Part shown: one piece after another, positions 13,835-27,862 of the stretch
How the letters are laid out: each line of letters opens with the position of its first letter
Numbering within the stretch: the first letter of the stretch is position 1
Source: the human T2T-CHM13v2.0 reference genome, Homo sapiens
Reading direction: 5' to 3' (one strand)
Assembly (NCBI RefSeq): GCF_009914755.1
Contig: NC_060937.1
Length of the DNA: 64,000 nt
The notes under the pieces: model-generated
Seen by the model: the letters and a program-made list of their open reading frames with translations, nothing else
What the model was told of the DNA's origin: nothing
Databases searched by the model: none
Translations under genes and position numbers: made by a program

Positions 13835-14185
13835 AAAATAAAAATCAGTACTGTCAATAAATACTATCATTACTGCTAATATAATTATTACTATTAATAA
13901 TAGGATACTATTTTATACTATCTTATTATATATACTACATTATAGTGTTACATAGTAGTAATTATTATTATAAGTCATAATAGTAGTAGTAATAGCAGTA
14001 CACTTATAGTTATGCTGTCTCAAATTTGGAATATTGTAATAAAGAGTCGGGCTCCATGTCAGGTGTGTAAACCACAGGTTTTTCTAAAAGCCTCACCCTT
14101 CCTTTCCTCTTTAGAACCACAATTTAACAGGCTGATAAGAATACACTTGCATGTGTGTGTCTCCCTATTTGGCAATGACAGGAAA

Positions 14186-14348
14186 TTTATGTATTTATTT
14201 ATTCATTAGAGATAGGGTCTCTCTCTATCACCCAGGCCAGTGGCATGATCATAGCTCACTGTAACCTCAAATTCCTGGGCTCAAGTGATCCTCCTGCCTC
14301 AGCCTCCTAAGCAGCTGGGATTACAGGCACACACCGCTATGCCTGGCC
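14186..14348 (-). mobile_element. Free Alu monomer (FRAM-like)
   Basis: ~160-bp single right-arm-type monomer with approximate TSD TGACAGGA(A)ATTTA at 14176 and 14352. Confidence 0.8.
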
Positions 14349-14619
14349 AGCTGACAGGAATTTAAGCCTCGCCTGCATCGACACTTGTCTCAGTCCAACC
14401 TGTTTGTTGCTGTAAAGGCCCAACTTACCCTCCTCTAGTTTATGCAAACCAGCCCAAACCTGCCTATATCAGACCAGCTCTCACTAGGACTCAGCCCTTT
14501 GTATGAGCAGTAAGCTTTCTTTCAAGTGCAAAACAAAACAAAACCCATGCTACTTAAAATTATCTGAAACTAGAATCTAATTCCATTTTACATAAAAACA
14601 CAAAGTATTTGTTTTATAA

Positions 14620-15124
<505 letters not shown>

Positions 15125-15274
15125 AGAACTGACTTTTATAATATCTTCTCTGGAAGTCATATCTGTGTAATTACATATTGACATATGTATTATTAAGTTA
15201 TACTTTATTTTCTTTCATTCTCTTTCATACATTTAGATCATTGTATTGATTTATAAAATTATACGTATAGGTAG

Positions 15275-15613
<339 letters not shown>

Positions 15614-17593
15614 TTATCTGTTATTTTTATTGTGTAGATTTTCTTAGTTCACTTTATATATAATAAGGCTGACAATCAAACATGTAGAAGAACATTCTGA
15701 AATGTTCCTCTATGTCTTTAATTAATTAAATATCCAAACTTTTCTTATTCACAATTTTTAAAATGGCAGAGTAGAGTAATTGATACTTGTTTGATATCGT
15801 TTTTTGATGTCATGAAAAGGAGAACAATGTTGTGTAGTGTCTTAGTATTCCTGCCTTCATTTTATATTCCTCTGTAATACACTGCAGTGATCTTATTACA
15901 GAATGAAACTTAAAAAAAAACAAGGAGTGACATGGGTTAGAAGGTATCCAAGGTCATAAAATAGCACCATTACAGAAGTGGAACAGAGACTATTCCTACT
16001 AATAATGGAATTGAAGAATAAAAGCAAAAACAAGAAAGAGGTGCAAAATTCATGGCTTAAAGAAACAAACAAACAAATGACAAATTTCCCAAAGAAAGAG
16101 AAAAGGATGAAGTATATTGGTTATACTTATAAAAATAGAAGAAAATTAATAAAAGAATACGATTGATATATTCCTCAGAATTCGCATATTTATTTAAATC
16201 GCTCTCTTTTTTTCTTGTAGAAGATACTTGAGGCCTCCTTAAATTAGTTGCAGTAACACATGGAACAAGAGATCCACATTCTCCAACAATATAGAAACCA
16301 GAATTCAGCAGCTCTGCAAGAAATCTAGTCAACACATTTATTATGATGATTTATTATTCACTGAGCACCAACTCAGTGCTTCTTATAACAGGAAAAATAA
16401 ACTTCTTTTCTATTTCAGATATTTTAAAATATAAACAAAAATAAATGGAAGAAAGAAATAGTCCCAAGTCTATTACTATACCACTTACCTCTTTTTTTCT
16501 AGAAACTTATAACAGAAAAAAGTAGGTTCAAGCCCCTAAGGAATAAGTGATTAAAACCAAGGAGTAAGGAAAATAACATTAAAAATGGAAAAGAAAGAAT
16601 CATGGAAAAAAAAACAAACACATAAATTCCAAGTTTCCAATCCAATTTGAACAGTAATTTGGGTACAGGGGCACAAGTATCCAGTAAGTTAAGTTCTTTT
16701 CTCTATCCTTCACCATTTTATTCCACAAATTAACATTCTAATCCTATCTGAACATTCATGTGTGTCTTCTTAAATGCTTTAAGATTCAAATTAATCATTT
16801 TTCTTAGTAATTATATTTTTCCTATGTAATGTTTGCATATTCATCCTCAAATTATCAATAATTTATATTACATATTCATGGAAGCCCAAGAGCTCACATA
16901 CTATATAAACAGACCATTGAATTTTAGACACCTAGTAGCTGAGAATTATTAGCCTGTATCTTCACAAAAATATATATTATAACAAGTTAATTGATCAGGA
17001 TATAAATAATTTCTATTTTTTTAAAAAAATTCGACTTCTGTTTTACAACAATAAGTACAAATAATGTAATGAAAGCTTGCTAAGTGAAAAGTATAGTGAT
17101 AAATCCTTTCCAGACCTTTTATTTCATTGAATCCTTGCAGCAATGCTAGTGATATTTGTTTTTGCCACTTAATGGTTGTGGAGGCTGAGGTGTGATGGAT
17201 TAAGAAGGTTCTCATAGTCACAGAGAAAGTAAGTATACACCAGGATTCAAAATCATAATTCAAACTATGTTCTTAACCTTTCTTCTCTCTCTACTTGCCT
17301 CCAATAAATTAAGTTTATTTTTAACAAATTTTTTAAAACACAGAAAAGCACAAAATTTTAATGTAATCAAAACTCATTCATATCAGCACACTCAAATATG
17401 AATTACTACTATGTTTATTTGTGTTCTGTTTTACTCTAAGGAAATAATATATTAGCAAGTAAGTTAATGGTCTCCTTAACCATCACCTTACATCTCCTTC
17501 AATCCTTCTCATAGATAATCACTGCTATGTAATACTTCTCATCAACTTAATTATTTCATGTATATGATATAAATATATAACTTCATTCTGAAG

Positions 17594-17822
17594 GCCTCAT
17601 TGAGTTAGACACTGAACCCATTACTAATTGTTCACGTGGCTACTCTATTGCCTCAGCATTTGAAGGGAGTATCTTTTACAGAAACCGAAGAACTCTTTCT
17701 AGGAGTGACACCAGAAGCAAGAAGGTATCATCTTAGGTGATATTACACTTGCAGCATTTTTCAGAGTAATGGTTAGTTCAGTGGAGACAATGGGAAGACA
17801 ACTAATTATTCATTTAAAGTAG
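17594..17822 (+). pseudogene. Candidate decayed Ig-like-domain exon
   Basis: Phase-1 ends; TNC...FYRN...YYTC...NYSFKV with one frameshift and two TAG codons. Inference only. Confidence 0.35.
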
Positions 17823-18469
17823 GTAAATTATATGTATTTAGTTCATACTCTCCATTCCAAAAGTATCAATGTAGTGTTCATCTCATAGAAGTATATGAAT
17901 GTATAGAACATCAAAGTCATGCCAAATTTCATTTTATAATCCATCACAATACATAATTGCAAATGTACAAATCAAGGTTTTATGAAATTGTTTATCTCAA
18001 CTATTTGCTAAAGAATGGCAAAAATGAAACTCCACATAAAAATCTAGTAAGGCCTAATATTTTATATTACTTCACCATGATGTAAAATGAGGTTTCACTA
18101 GAACATTTAGCTTCATACATGAGGACTGTATGATTATTCGAAATCAAATGGCATGGCAGTTCAAAATGAGCTTGTTCCTGTTCAGTATGTTGCCCATTTA
18201 ATCTCATTGTGTCCTTATTTTTTCAGTGCTTTGCTAAGTCGAACTACATAAGCAAGCCTTCCATAGCTAAGACTCTGTGTCTTCCTTGTTTCTGGATAGC
18301 TGAAGTAATGTCTTCTCACAACGGTCTATAAATGATAGTACTACTACTTACAGAACCACTTAAATGATGGTTCCATACCCACTTGCAATATTGATATTTT
18401 AAAGGAGGGCTGAGTAGTGCCCAGAACTAAAAGATTTGATCGGTGAGGATGGGTCTATCTCCTGGGAGA

Positions 18470-18773
18470 TTTTTTTTTTTTTTTTTTTTTTTTGAGACAG
18501 AGTCTCGCATGGTCGCCCAGGCTGGAGCGGAGTGGGGCGATCTCGGCTCACGGCAAGCTCTGCCTCCCAGGTTCAAGCGATTCCCCTGCCTCAGACTCCT
18601 AAGTAGCTGGGACTACAGGCGTGCGCCACCACGCCCAGCTAATTTTTGTATTTTTAGTAGAGACGGGGTTTCACCGTGTTGGTCAGGATGTTCTCGATGT
18701 CTTGACCTCGTGATCCGCCCGCCTCGGCATCCCAAAGTGCTGGGATTAAAGGCGTGAGCCGCCGTGCCAGGCC
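18470..18773 (-). mobile_element. AluSc-like
   Basis: Full dimer with TCTTGACCTCGTGATCC; TSD TCT(C/T)CTGGGAGATTTTT. Confidence 0.92.
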
Positions 18774-21700
18774 TCTTCTGGGAGATTTTAACGTAGCTAT
18801 TTCTACAAATGGGAAAAGCTCTGTACTCAGAAAAATGCAAAATATGAGTCTTAGAAATGGCTTTTGGGATACAGTGGTTATTGATATATAAAAAGGTATA
18901 AAATACAAAGTAAAAGGATATAAATTCAATTTGAAGGCAGCTCAAAAGTAATTTTACACGCACAGGGTAATTATAACACATGGAGAATAATTATAAAGGT
19001 ATTTTTGATGGGCTCTTGTGCAGTGATATCATACCATGGACCAGGCTGTGATAGAAACACATATCTCAACCTATGTACTGAAATTTTGCAACAATTTCAG
19101 GCCTCATTTTTCTTGTAATACAAATGGGGCTAATACAACTTGTCATCTACTTCATAAGGAATATTATGAGGATTCATGAGATCATTAAATGAAGATTCTC
19201 CAAGTGCTTAATTTACTCACTGGCGAGAACTCAAAATTCCATTCACCTTTTCAGGGCATTAGAGCATACATGGTCCACAACGAGTTAATATATGTGCTTA
19301 ATTTTCTTCCATCTATCTAGACAATCCTAGACCTGTGTGTGATACATAAATATGATTATTTATAATGTGTTATGAAATCCTATGGTAAGATGCAGAATTG
19401 CTGTTTAAGTAAATGAAAATAAATCTATTTTAACAGCAGCTTTAAAAGTCATCAGAATGGTCTGATACTACTTTGTCTCATGCTATGTATGGGGAACTAA
19501 AGTTTAAAGGGTCATAAGTATAAAAGTGCAGACCATCAGAAGTAACATTAAAAGGACTACGTTATACATTAGCAGTTTTTTGTGCCTTTTCTTGTGATAG
19601 AAACCATTCGATTACTCTTTTTAACTAAACATGATCTGTAATGGAGATTAATTATAAAGGTATTTTTGATGCAGCATTTACAACCTATTGTCAAATTCCA
19701 AGCTAGGGGATAAGAAAGGCTGTATCACTGAATGTCCTATTTATGATCTTTTAAAATAAATTCTCGTTCTTTTGTGTAGTAAACATCTTGACAACATAAA
19801 AGCTTATAGCAATGTTCTAAGATATTCAGATGTGAAGATTATGAATGTTTGACACAGCCCCTTATTGGGCTCTTGTCTGAGAATCAGGATAGAAACCTTC
19901 ACACAGGGAAATGGCTCTGTGGCAATCAGGCAAGATGACTGCTCCCAGGACATTGCATGTCAGAACACAAGACCAGTAACCCTCAGAGGCAAGGGGTGTG
20001 CCAACTTACAGGACCCCAAAACTCATGCTTTTATGACAATGCCACACTGCTTTTCCCAAAAAGCTAAAATAAACAATATTTAAATCTGGTTTTCAGAAGG
20101 ATATGAGTTGTTCATAAACCTGATACAGACTGGCAACTAACTCATTTGCTCAAGAAAAAGAAAAATTTTTTGTATTTGGTTTTGATAATAGAAGTACACT
20201 TTTAAAAAGAAAATAGATTAGCTCTGTCAAAAGACTTAAAGCACAGAGCCAAAATGAATACTAGAAGGGAAAAACACTATTGATATTCACAGAAATGAAA
20301 ATATTTTATAGGAAAATGTCATAACTGTGACATTAATTATGTAATTCAACATGTGACAGTCATCTTCCAATTAAACAAATATTTCATAAAATCAATTGAC
20401 CTATACTGCTGGGGACTCTGTGGAATATTTGGAACAGATACTATTAGGAGAAAATGTAGCTGAAAAAGAATTATCTCTTTCATCACAAGCTGTACTATTC
20501 CTGAAATTGACTCAATTGCTACTTGCTAGGCTTAGATATAAAACCATATTTCATACATGAAAATAAACTTAATCAAAATCTTTTGAAGCAGATTTGGAGG
20601 TATCAATAGTTTCTAAATTACTAATAATTGTAAAACTCTTTCAAAAACACCTAGTTTTTCTGCTCACTTACCTTCAAACATAAACAAACACATCTTAAAA
20701 ATCTCAACTCAAGTATATTGAAAGAAATAAAATGTATTCCTATTTTTTATAACTCCAACTTTAGGATGGTATGCATTAATAGGAAATATAATAAAGTTTT
20801 TAGGACCCCTGGATTCTAGTTGCTTTTAGAACCCTCCCTTATGAACAAGGGAAATAGGCTAAATAATTTTAGTTTTTAAAAATCTCAGTTTGCCATATAT
20901 ACAAACATGTTCAATTATTCTTAAATTTGTACTCTTTCAGATTTCATTTTAAATATTTTCCAACGATGCACCTGACTTACATTGCATTTTTTATTTACTA
21001 TATTCAATAATTTTGCCTCCTTAGCTTAACATTTTTACACAGTTGGTCAACACATAGATTGGTCAACTACTAATGAAACAAAATATAAGTGCCTTGTATT
21101 TTTACCTCTACAATAATGGGTTTATATTGTGAACAGAAGTGTGCTAATACCCTGCTCTTAGACTAATAGCTATGGTATATCAAATAGAGTCTTTCTTCTT
21201 ATAGCTTTATGTAGCTGCTTCTAATAATTCATAGTTATACATATTTTAACACTATGGCATAAACAAAGTTAAATGGGGCAAAAGGAAAATTAGGATCTTG
21301 CCCTGAAAAGGTAAATGGAATATTCAAAAATATTAAAATGCCCAATAATTATATCACAGATAATTTCCTGACACTTTCCCACCCCAAGTTAAAATCTAGC
21401 CCCCACTATGGACTATCATGGCATCTATTCCAAGACCTCAGTCCATTTTATAATTATATCGCTTATGATTATTTGATCAATGCCTGTCTTCCTTGCTGGA
21501 CTAGGAGTGAAGGTCTGTTTTGTCTTTTTGTTCTACTTCCAGTGTCTACCTGAGTGACTAGTGAACTGCAGGCATTGAATATTTATTGAATTAATGAACA
21601 AGTAAATAGTCGCTAGTCATTTCCTCATTTTCCTAATTTTTTCACCAAAATTTACTAGTCACTCTATTTAGAGGAAAAAATGAAATATTTTGAAGTAAAA

Positions 21701-21795
21701 TAGCTATATACAGAGAAATGTGACTTAATAGTATTGTGCACCTTATTATAAAGTCTATTCTATCTCAAAAGAGAAGTAGTATATAGGTACACTGC

Positions 21796-22086
21796 TTTTT
21801 TTTTTTTTGGCAGAGTCTTGCTCTGTCACCCCAGCTGGAATACAGTGTTCTCGATCTCGGCTCACTGCAACCTCTGCTTCCAGGGTTCAAGCGATTCTTT
21901 TGCCTCAGTCTCCTGAGTAGCTGGGATTACGGGCATGTACCACCACACCCAGCTAATTTTTGTATTTTTAGTAGAGTTGGGGTTTCACCATGGCCAAGCT
22001 GGTCTCAAACTCCTGACCTCAGGTGATCCGCCCACCTTGGTCTCCCAAAGTGCTGGCATTACAGGCGTGAACCACCGTGCCTGGCC
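21796..22086 (-). mobile_element. AluSx/Sz-like
   Basis: CCTGACCTCAGGTGATCC; full dimer. Confidence 0.92.
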
Positions 22087-22156
22087 TTACCTTTCCTTTT
22101 TTGATAAAAATTAATAAAAAGAAAACCATATTTGTTGATGCAACAGTTTATTATTG

Positions 22157-22228
22157 TTTCTGGACATTAGTTTGGGACATTCTGGACATTCTGGACATTA
22201 GTTTCTGGACATTCTGGACATTAGTTTT
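22157..22228. repeat. Short tandem repeat of CTGGACATT(AGTTT) units
   Basis: Six GGACATT copies in about 70 bp. Confidence 0.85.
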
Positions 22229-23486
22229 CTCCAAATACCTTTCTGTCTAAATCAAGTTCTTAACCCACTATAAATAAGTACTTGACTATGTCCGATTATT
22301 TTTGTAGGCAAAGAATTGAGATTATAAAGAATGCTCAATGCCTATTCAGTATTTAAGGTGAATGTTCTAAATATATTAATAAGATCAACCCTATATAAAA
22401 TGAGATCGAACCACTTATACAGATTTAATTTTCTGTACTCAAAATCAGAAAATAACAAAATTAGCATGATGGCTCAAGAAAATATTTATAATATTCATGG
22501 ACATATTTTGGAGATTGTACATCAGTCAGGATATACTTTCTCTATACCTCATCTCTCATTTCTTTGTACGGTCTTCATTTCTAGGAATCACAAACGTGTC
22601 CAGTGACAGCTCTAGGTTTGCACAGCCTGTAAAGAGGGAATCCTGAAGTGAAGATTAGCTCCAGCTAACACCATAGAAATGATTCCTTTTGGCTGCATCT
22701 CTGATCTACTTTAGTGTGGTCAAGTTACATCAGATTTTCAGCTCTATGTGAGAAAATAAGGCCCATGGGATTGGGAAGCAGCTGCCCCCAAATGGTAAAA
22801 CAAATTCTCCAAAAGGATTAAAAAAAAAAAAGAAAGAAAGAATATCCTCCACCAAGGGCTCTACTTTTCTCAGAAAATTATATTATTAATTAAATATTTG
22901 CACTTGCATATGCACTTCCACAAGAGGACTAAGCCATTATAAGCATATTCAAGGACATAATCTCTTTCTTATATAATTTTACTTTTTAACTTTTAAAATA
23001 ATTAAGATATTCTGGGAAGGAATTAGGAAAAGCCAACTATGTAACAAAAACTTGCCTTCATTTTTCTGGTGCAATACATTTGCCTTAAAAACAAATGACA
23101 GTTCTGCACAATAATCTCCATTTGATGAGAGGAACCTTTGTTGAAATGATCATTGTTGAAGGAAAGTAGAAGGATTCAGTATACCTCAAATCCTTTTTTT
23201 CACACAGAGTGTGTATAGCTGATATTGGGCACTGTTGTTTGCACATAATCTGATGCATGTGGGAAATCTAATTTAATGGAATTTATTACACAGTCTCTAG
23301 AGGGGACAAGGATGCAATACCAATGGATGTGAATTTCATGGTGCTCTTTTCACCAAACAACAGTTTTTCTACTTAAAGTTTAGACTCCTGACTCCCCAAA
23401 ATAGTTAAGATTGCCATTCAAAATAGAAAATTAGCCATGTATGTATAAGCACCTTTAAAGCTACTCTTCTATGAAATCAATTTATA

Positions 23487-23610
23487 AATATATACATATA
23501 CATACACATATACACACACACGTGTATGTGTGTATGTGTGTGTGTATATATTTATATGTGTGTATATATTTATATCTTTATGTGTGTATGTATGTGTGTG
23601 TATTTATATA
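23487..23610. repeat. Compound (TA/CA/TG)n microsatellite
   Basis: Alternating purine-pyrimidine tract seen directly. Confidence 0.9.
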
Positions 23611-23979
23611 TTGACTTCACAGAAGAAGGTGCTAAAGGTGCTGATAAACATCTAATATTATCTTCTCACTCTAGGATAGACCATGTTCTTCACATTTTAC
23701 AGGCAATATATTCGGTCTATTCATTATCTCCAGTGAAAATGATAAAAAATTAATTGAAAATTTATATTGTAAAAATATATATTTCACTGTATTTCTTTCA
23801 TATTGTATCATGAAATATATCAGTATTAAAAATGTTCCTAGTAAGCCTGAGAGTACTTATATGAACATTTGTCACATACAATATTTAACAGATGTCTCAT
23901 TTCAGTGTTTCTATTACTAGAGAGTGTCAGCAATGATCTGGTGGATAGTGCATTACACCAGGAGCCAGAAAACCTGGAT

Positions 23980-24507
23980 TCTTAAGTTCTTGGCTCTGCT
24001 GTTGCTATTAAATAACATCAAACAATTCCTGGATCATCTGTACCTCATTTTATCCATCTTCCAAACAAAGGGGAATATTTTTTCCTCCTGTAAAGTGTTA
24101 TCAGGGAATGGTGAACATGGTTAAACAACTCAGATTTCAAATTTCAGGTCTAAAGTCAAGATGATGGTCAAAAATTTGATATCTTATTTATGTAGATACT
24201 AGAAATTAAGGAGCAAGGCATTCTTGGAAGACTATCAATACCAACCCAAAGTCTTAAATTCTTGGCTCTGATGCTGACTATTAAATAACACCAAACATTT
24301 CTGAATCATCTTCTCTTCATTTTATTCACCTTAAAAACAGAAGGGATATTTTTCCTGCTATAAAGTGTTACCAGGAAATAGTAAACATAGTTAAATATCT
24401 CATATTTAAAATTTCAGGTCTGAAATCAGGATGGTGATAAGGAATTCAAATTCTCATTTATGTAGGTATCAGAAATTAAGGAGAAAAGCATTCCTGGAAG
24501 ACTATCA
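23980..24507 (+). repeat. Old tandem duplication of a ~260-bp unit (23980-24237 and 24252-24507) including a MIR-like part
   Basis: Shared anchors TTCTTGGCTCTG, CTATTAAATAACA, TAAAGTGTTA, AAATTTCAGGTCT, AGAAATTAAGGAG, GGAAGACTATCA in the same order. Confidence 0.9.
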
Positions 24508-24993
24508 CGACTAAAATTATAGGAATTGAACTGGCAGAAGAAACCATGGTCTGGCAATTCTTCCTGAGTGAAGAAGTAACCACTTGTCTGTACAGAAGAG
24601 CTGGCAGGTGTGCAAGTGATCATGTGATGATGTAACAATGCACCCAGCTACTTGCACTCTTTGCATAGAATGTGATCTCTTGAAACCGTAGTCCTAAAGC
24701 AGGGGCTTTGAGATCTGTGGTTCAGCGGTGGTTCATGTGTCCTTTACAGTCTTAAACCTCACAGTCTCCACTGAAAATTCAAATTCTTTGTCACATGCCA
24801 TTGCTGTAAGAGAATAGTAAGAGGAAGATGAAAATGTGTAGTATTTTCAATAGCTGTAACAGACCAGAGAATTAGAGTAACAATTCTAAGAGCAAGTAAC
24901 CTAAAAGTATAGTTGGTGTTGGAATAATGCAACATTAAAGACTCTTGAGATTATCTTATTTCATGCTCAGGGTCCTCAAGAATACACTAGTTG

Positions 24994-25174
24994 CAGTGAT
25001 TTTCAACACTTGCCTCACATAAAAAGCATTTGGGAATATGTGGTTAAAAAACTCTTGTGTACATGCCACACTCCAGGCCAACTAAATAAGAGTTTTCAGA
25101 AATGATTTCTGGATCTTGGTGTTTCAAAAGTTGTACAGGTGATTCTAACTTGCATCCAAGTTTGAAAGCCACTG
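24994..25174. mobile_element. MER5-type hAT-Charlie non-autonomous element
   Basis: Inverted ends CAGTGATTTTCAA...TTGAAAGCCACTG; internal CAGGTGATTCTAA. Confidence 0.7.
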
Positions 25175-25277
25175 ATCCAGTGCGGTGTACAGCTCCTAAC
25201 GATAAAAACTGCTTCTTGACTGCTGAAAAGAAAAATCACAAAATATCTCTCTTCTTTCTCTTAAAAGAGCTGAATGC

Positions 25278-25318
<41 letters not shown>

Positions 25319-26284
25319 ACATATGTGTAAACCGCTCCTAAAACTCTTAAAGATTAACAACTAAGCCAATGTTTATTGACCTCTGGCAGAGTAGGGTACA
25401 ATCCAAAGATTCAGTTTTTCACTCATCTGAGTCTATATTATCCTTTGAAATGCATGCATATAAACTCTGGTACTTCCACTCTGGGACTGTCTGCACAGGC
25501 TAAATATTACTTTTAAAGCCATTGCCTTAAAGTCCTCAAAGGAAGCTTTCTTCTCTAATTATTGATTTTTTTGTCATCAAAAGAGTTATTCTTTTTGATT
25601 AGGGACCTAAGTGGTAACATGAATACTCTGACCTACATTCATGGCCCATATCCATCATTTATTTATTCAACACAGTATAGTATCATCTTAGAAATGTCAC
25701 CAAATTTGCTTATTCCTGTAAAACACTGATAGAGAGTGTCACATGCAGGCTTTCTTTCTAGGTAGATATATATTAAACTAATTTTTCAATTATCTACTTC
25801 AAACATCACTTTGATTCTTTAAATAGTTCTAAAAAGTAATTTATTTGCTTACTTAAGATTTTTCTTTGGGTTTTCTCACTTGCTAAAGCAGATTCTAGAA
25901 AGAATTGTCACATAACTTGCAACAGAGTCTAATTGCTGATCAGGTTGTACAAGTTTGAGTGGTCGGCTGCTTGATACCTAGCTAAAAGTCTTGTTGAAGA
26001 ATCTTTAAAGAGAAACCATCTGGATTAAGGTAGTTAGATTTCCTTTGCTCCCCAAAGGGTTCATATGGCTTGTGCTTCCAGCCCAATGTCACCATTTTAA
26101 ACAGTGGAACATCCTAAGAAAATATAAATTGCAATAATACATTTAGTGTATCGATATTATTACCTTTTTATGCATACATTACAGAGAAAGCATGAAAGAC
26201 ATATTTTGTTGATTTTTCTCTTGAACAACTAAGTTATTTTATTTTATTTTATATATTGGCTTATTACCTTTCAACCCAAGCTTA

Positions 26285-26848
26285 ACTTTCTGTATTCTGT
26301 TTTGTGACACTGAGACTGATAGTCTGCACACTGTTTCCCAGACTCATTGCTACCTCACTGTCTGGTAGTGTCTGAGCCTGGAGGGAGTTTAGAAAGCAGG
26401 ACAAGGAAGAAACAGATTTCTTTTTGGTCTCCAGTTTCTGCTGCTTCCTTCCTGTAACAGGGGCCAGGTACCACTCCAGGCCCCAGCTCATTGCAGCATT
26501 CCTGTTATCACCTGCCATGCATCCCTCAGAGGTACCAGCTGGTCAGATTACCAGCTATAACACTCTTCCATGTCAGAGGTACCAGCACCAGCACCAGTGG
26601 CACTACACCACTTTCCATGCTGTTCTAGTGATTACAATCTTGTTCTTTGTTGTTTGAGCCCTAAGGGTGGGTAACTGATTCCTGTAGTTACTAATATCTG
26701 TGTCACTTTAGCATTTTCTTTTTTGTTGTTGTTTAAGCCTTCCAACACTTATGTGACCATTTTTCGGGGGGAGGTATCAAATCCTCTCTATTAGAAAAAT
26801 ACCTACAGTGGCTTCAGTTTTCCCAGCCAAACCCTGACTCTGATATAG
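26285..26848. mobile_element. LTR33-like ERVL LTR (diverged)
   Basis: TTTCCCAGACTC, CCCTAAGGGTGGGTAAC and terminal GTGGCTTCAGTTTTCCCAGCCAAACCCTGAC motifs. Confidence 0.55.
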
Positions 26849-27572
26849 GATGAATTATGTAACTTTTATTTCCATCTTCAAAGAGATTTATTGATTTGAA
26901 AAACAACAGGGAACTATTTAATTGACATTAATTTGGGGAGCAATGCAGTGATGCTGTACACAGGAAGCTTACAGTAAGTGAAGGTATCCAATGCTACCTA
27001 GTGGATGAGGAAAATGACGTCCCAGACAAGATGATGATCTGATTTTCCAGGAAGGGTTTCACAAGAACCCTAATGGTGCAAAACACATGACAAATTATAC
27101 ATGAAATGATATGTATCAGGACCAGATATGTCATTTGCAGGGCTGAGTGCAAAATGAAAATGCTGGATCTGCTATTTTAAAAACATATAAAAATTACAGC
27201 ACGGCAGCAGCAGAACTTTAACTTTGCCCTTTACAGAAGACTTTGCCCAATCTCTGGACAAGTGTCATGGACTAGATACTAGACATAGAAAATTTATTAA
27301 ATGCCTTATTAACTCTGGTGCTCTTTATTTTACCAGGTAACTGGAATAATTACCTTTCCCAATCACTTTTATCTCAAAATATGTGAAAATTAGGCCAAAG
27401 GTTTCCAAGTTTTAGATCAGAAAATCATAATCATTAGCTGTTTCCATGCAAATAAGGAAATCCTTGGAAAGTTATCAAAATTCCAGATAAGCAGTTCAGC
27501 ATTGTGTGTAAAAAAGTAAGCATTTCAATATAAATACAATGTAAATAAGATACTCTTTAACAATCCACGGTA

Positions 27573-27862
27573 GTCCAAGCACAGTGGCTCACGCCTGTAA
27601 TCCCAGCACTTTGGGAGGCCGAGGTGGGCAGATCTCTTGAACCTAGGAGTTGGAGACCAGCCTGGGCAACATGGCAAAACCCTTCTCTACAAAAAATACA
27701 AAAAATTAGCCAGACACGGAGGCATACAGCTGTACTAGAGAGGCTGAGGTGGGAGGATCACTTGAGCCTTGGAGACAGAGGTTGCAGTGAGCCATGATTG
27801 TACCACTGTACTCCAACATGGGTGACAAAGCAAGACCTTATCTCAATAAATAAATAAATAAA
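27573..27862 (+). mobile_element. AluJ
   Basis: Forward Alu dimer with (TAAA)n tail and a small internal deletion. Confidence 0.9.

Noticed and set aside
22585-22794. 210-nt phase 1-1 exon-like block with a strong acceptor
   Set aside because: Five stops in 70 codons is no better than random AT-rich DNA, so it is not counted as support for the pseudogene idea.
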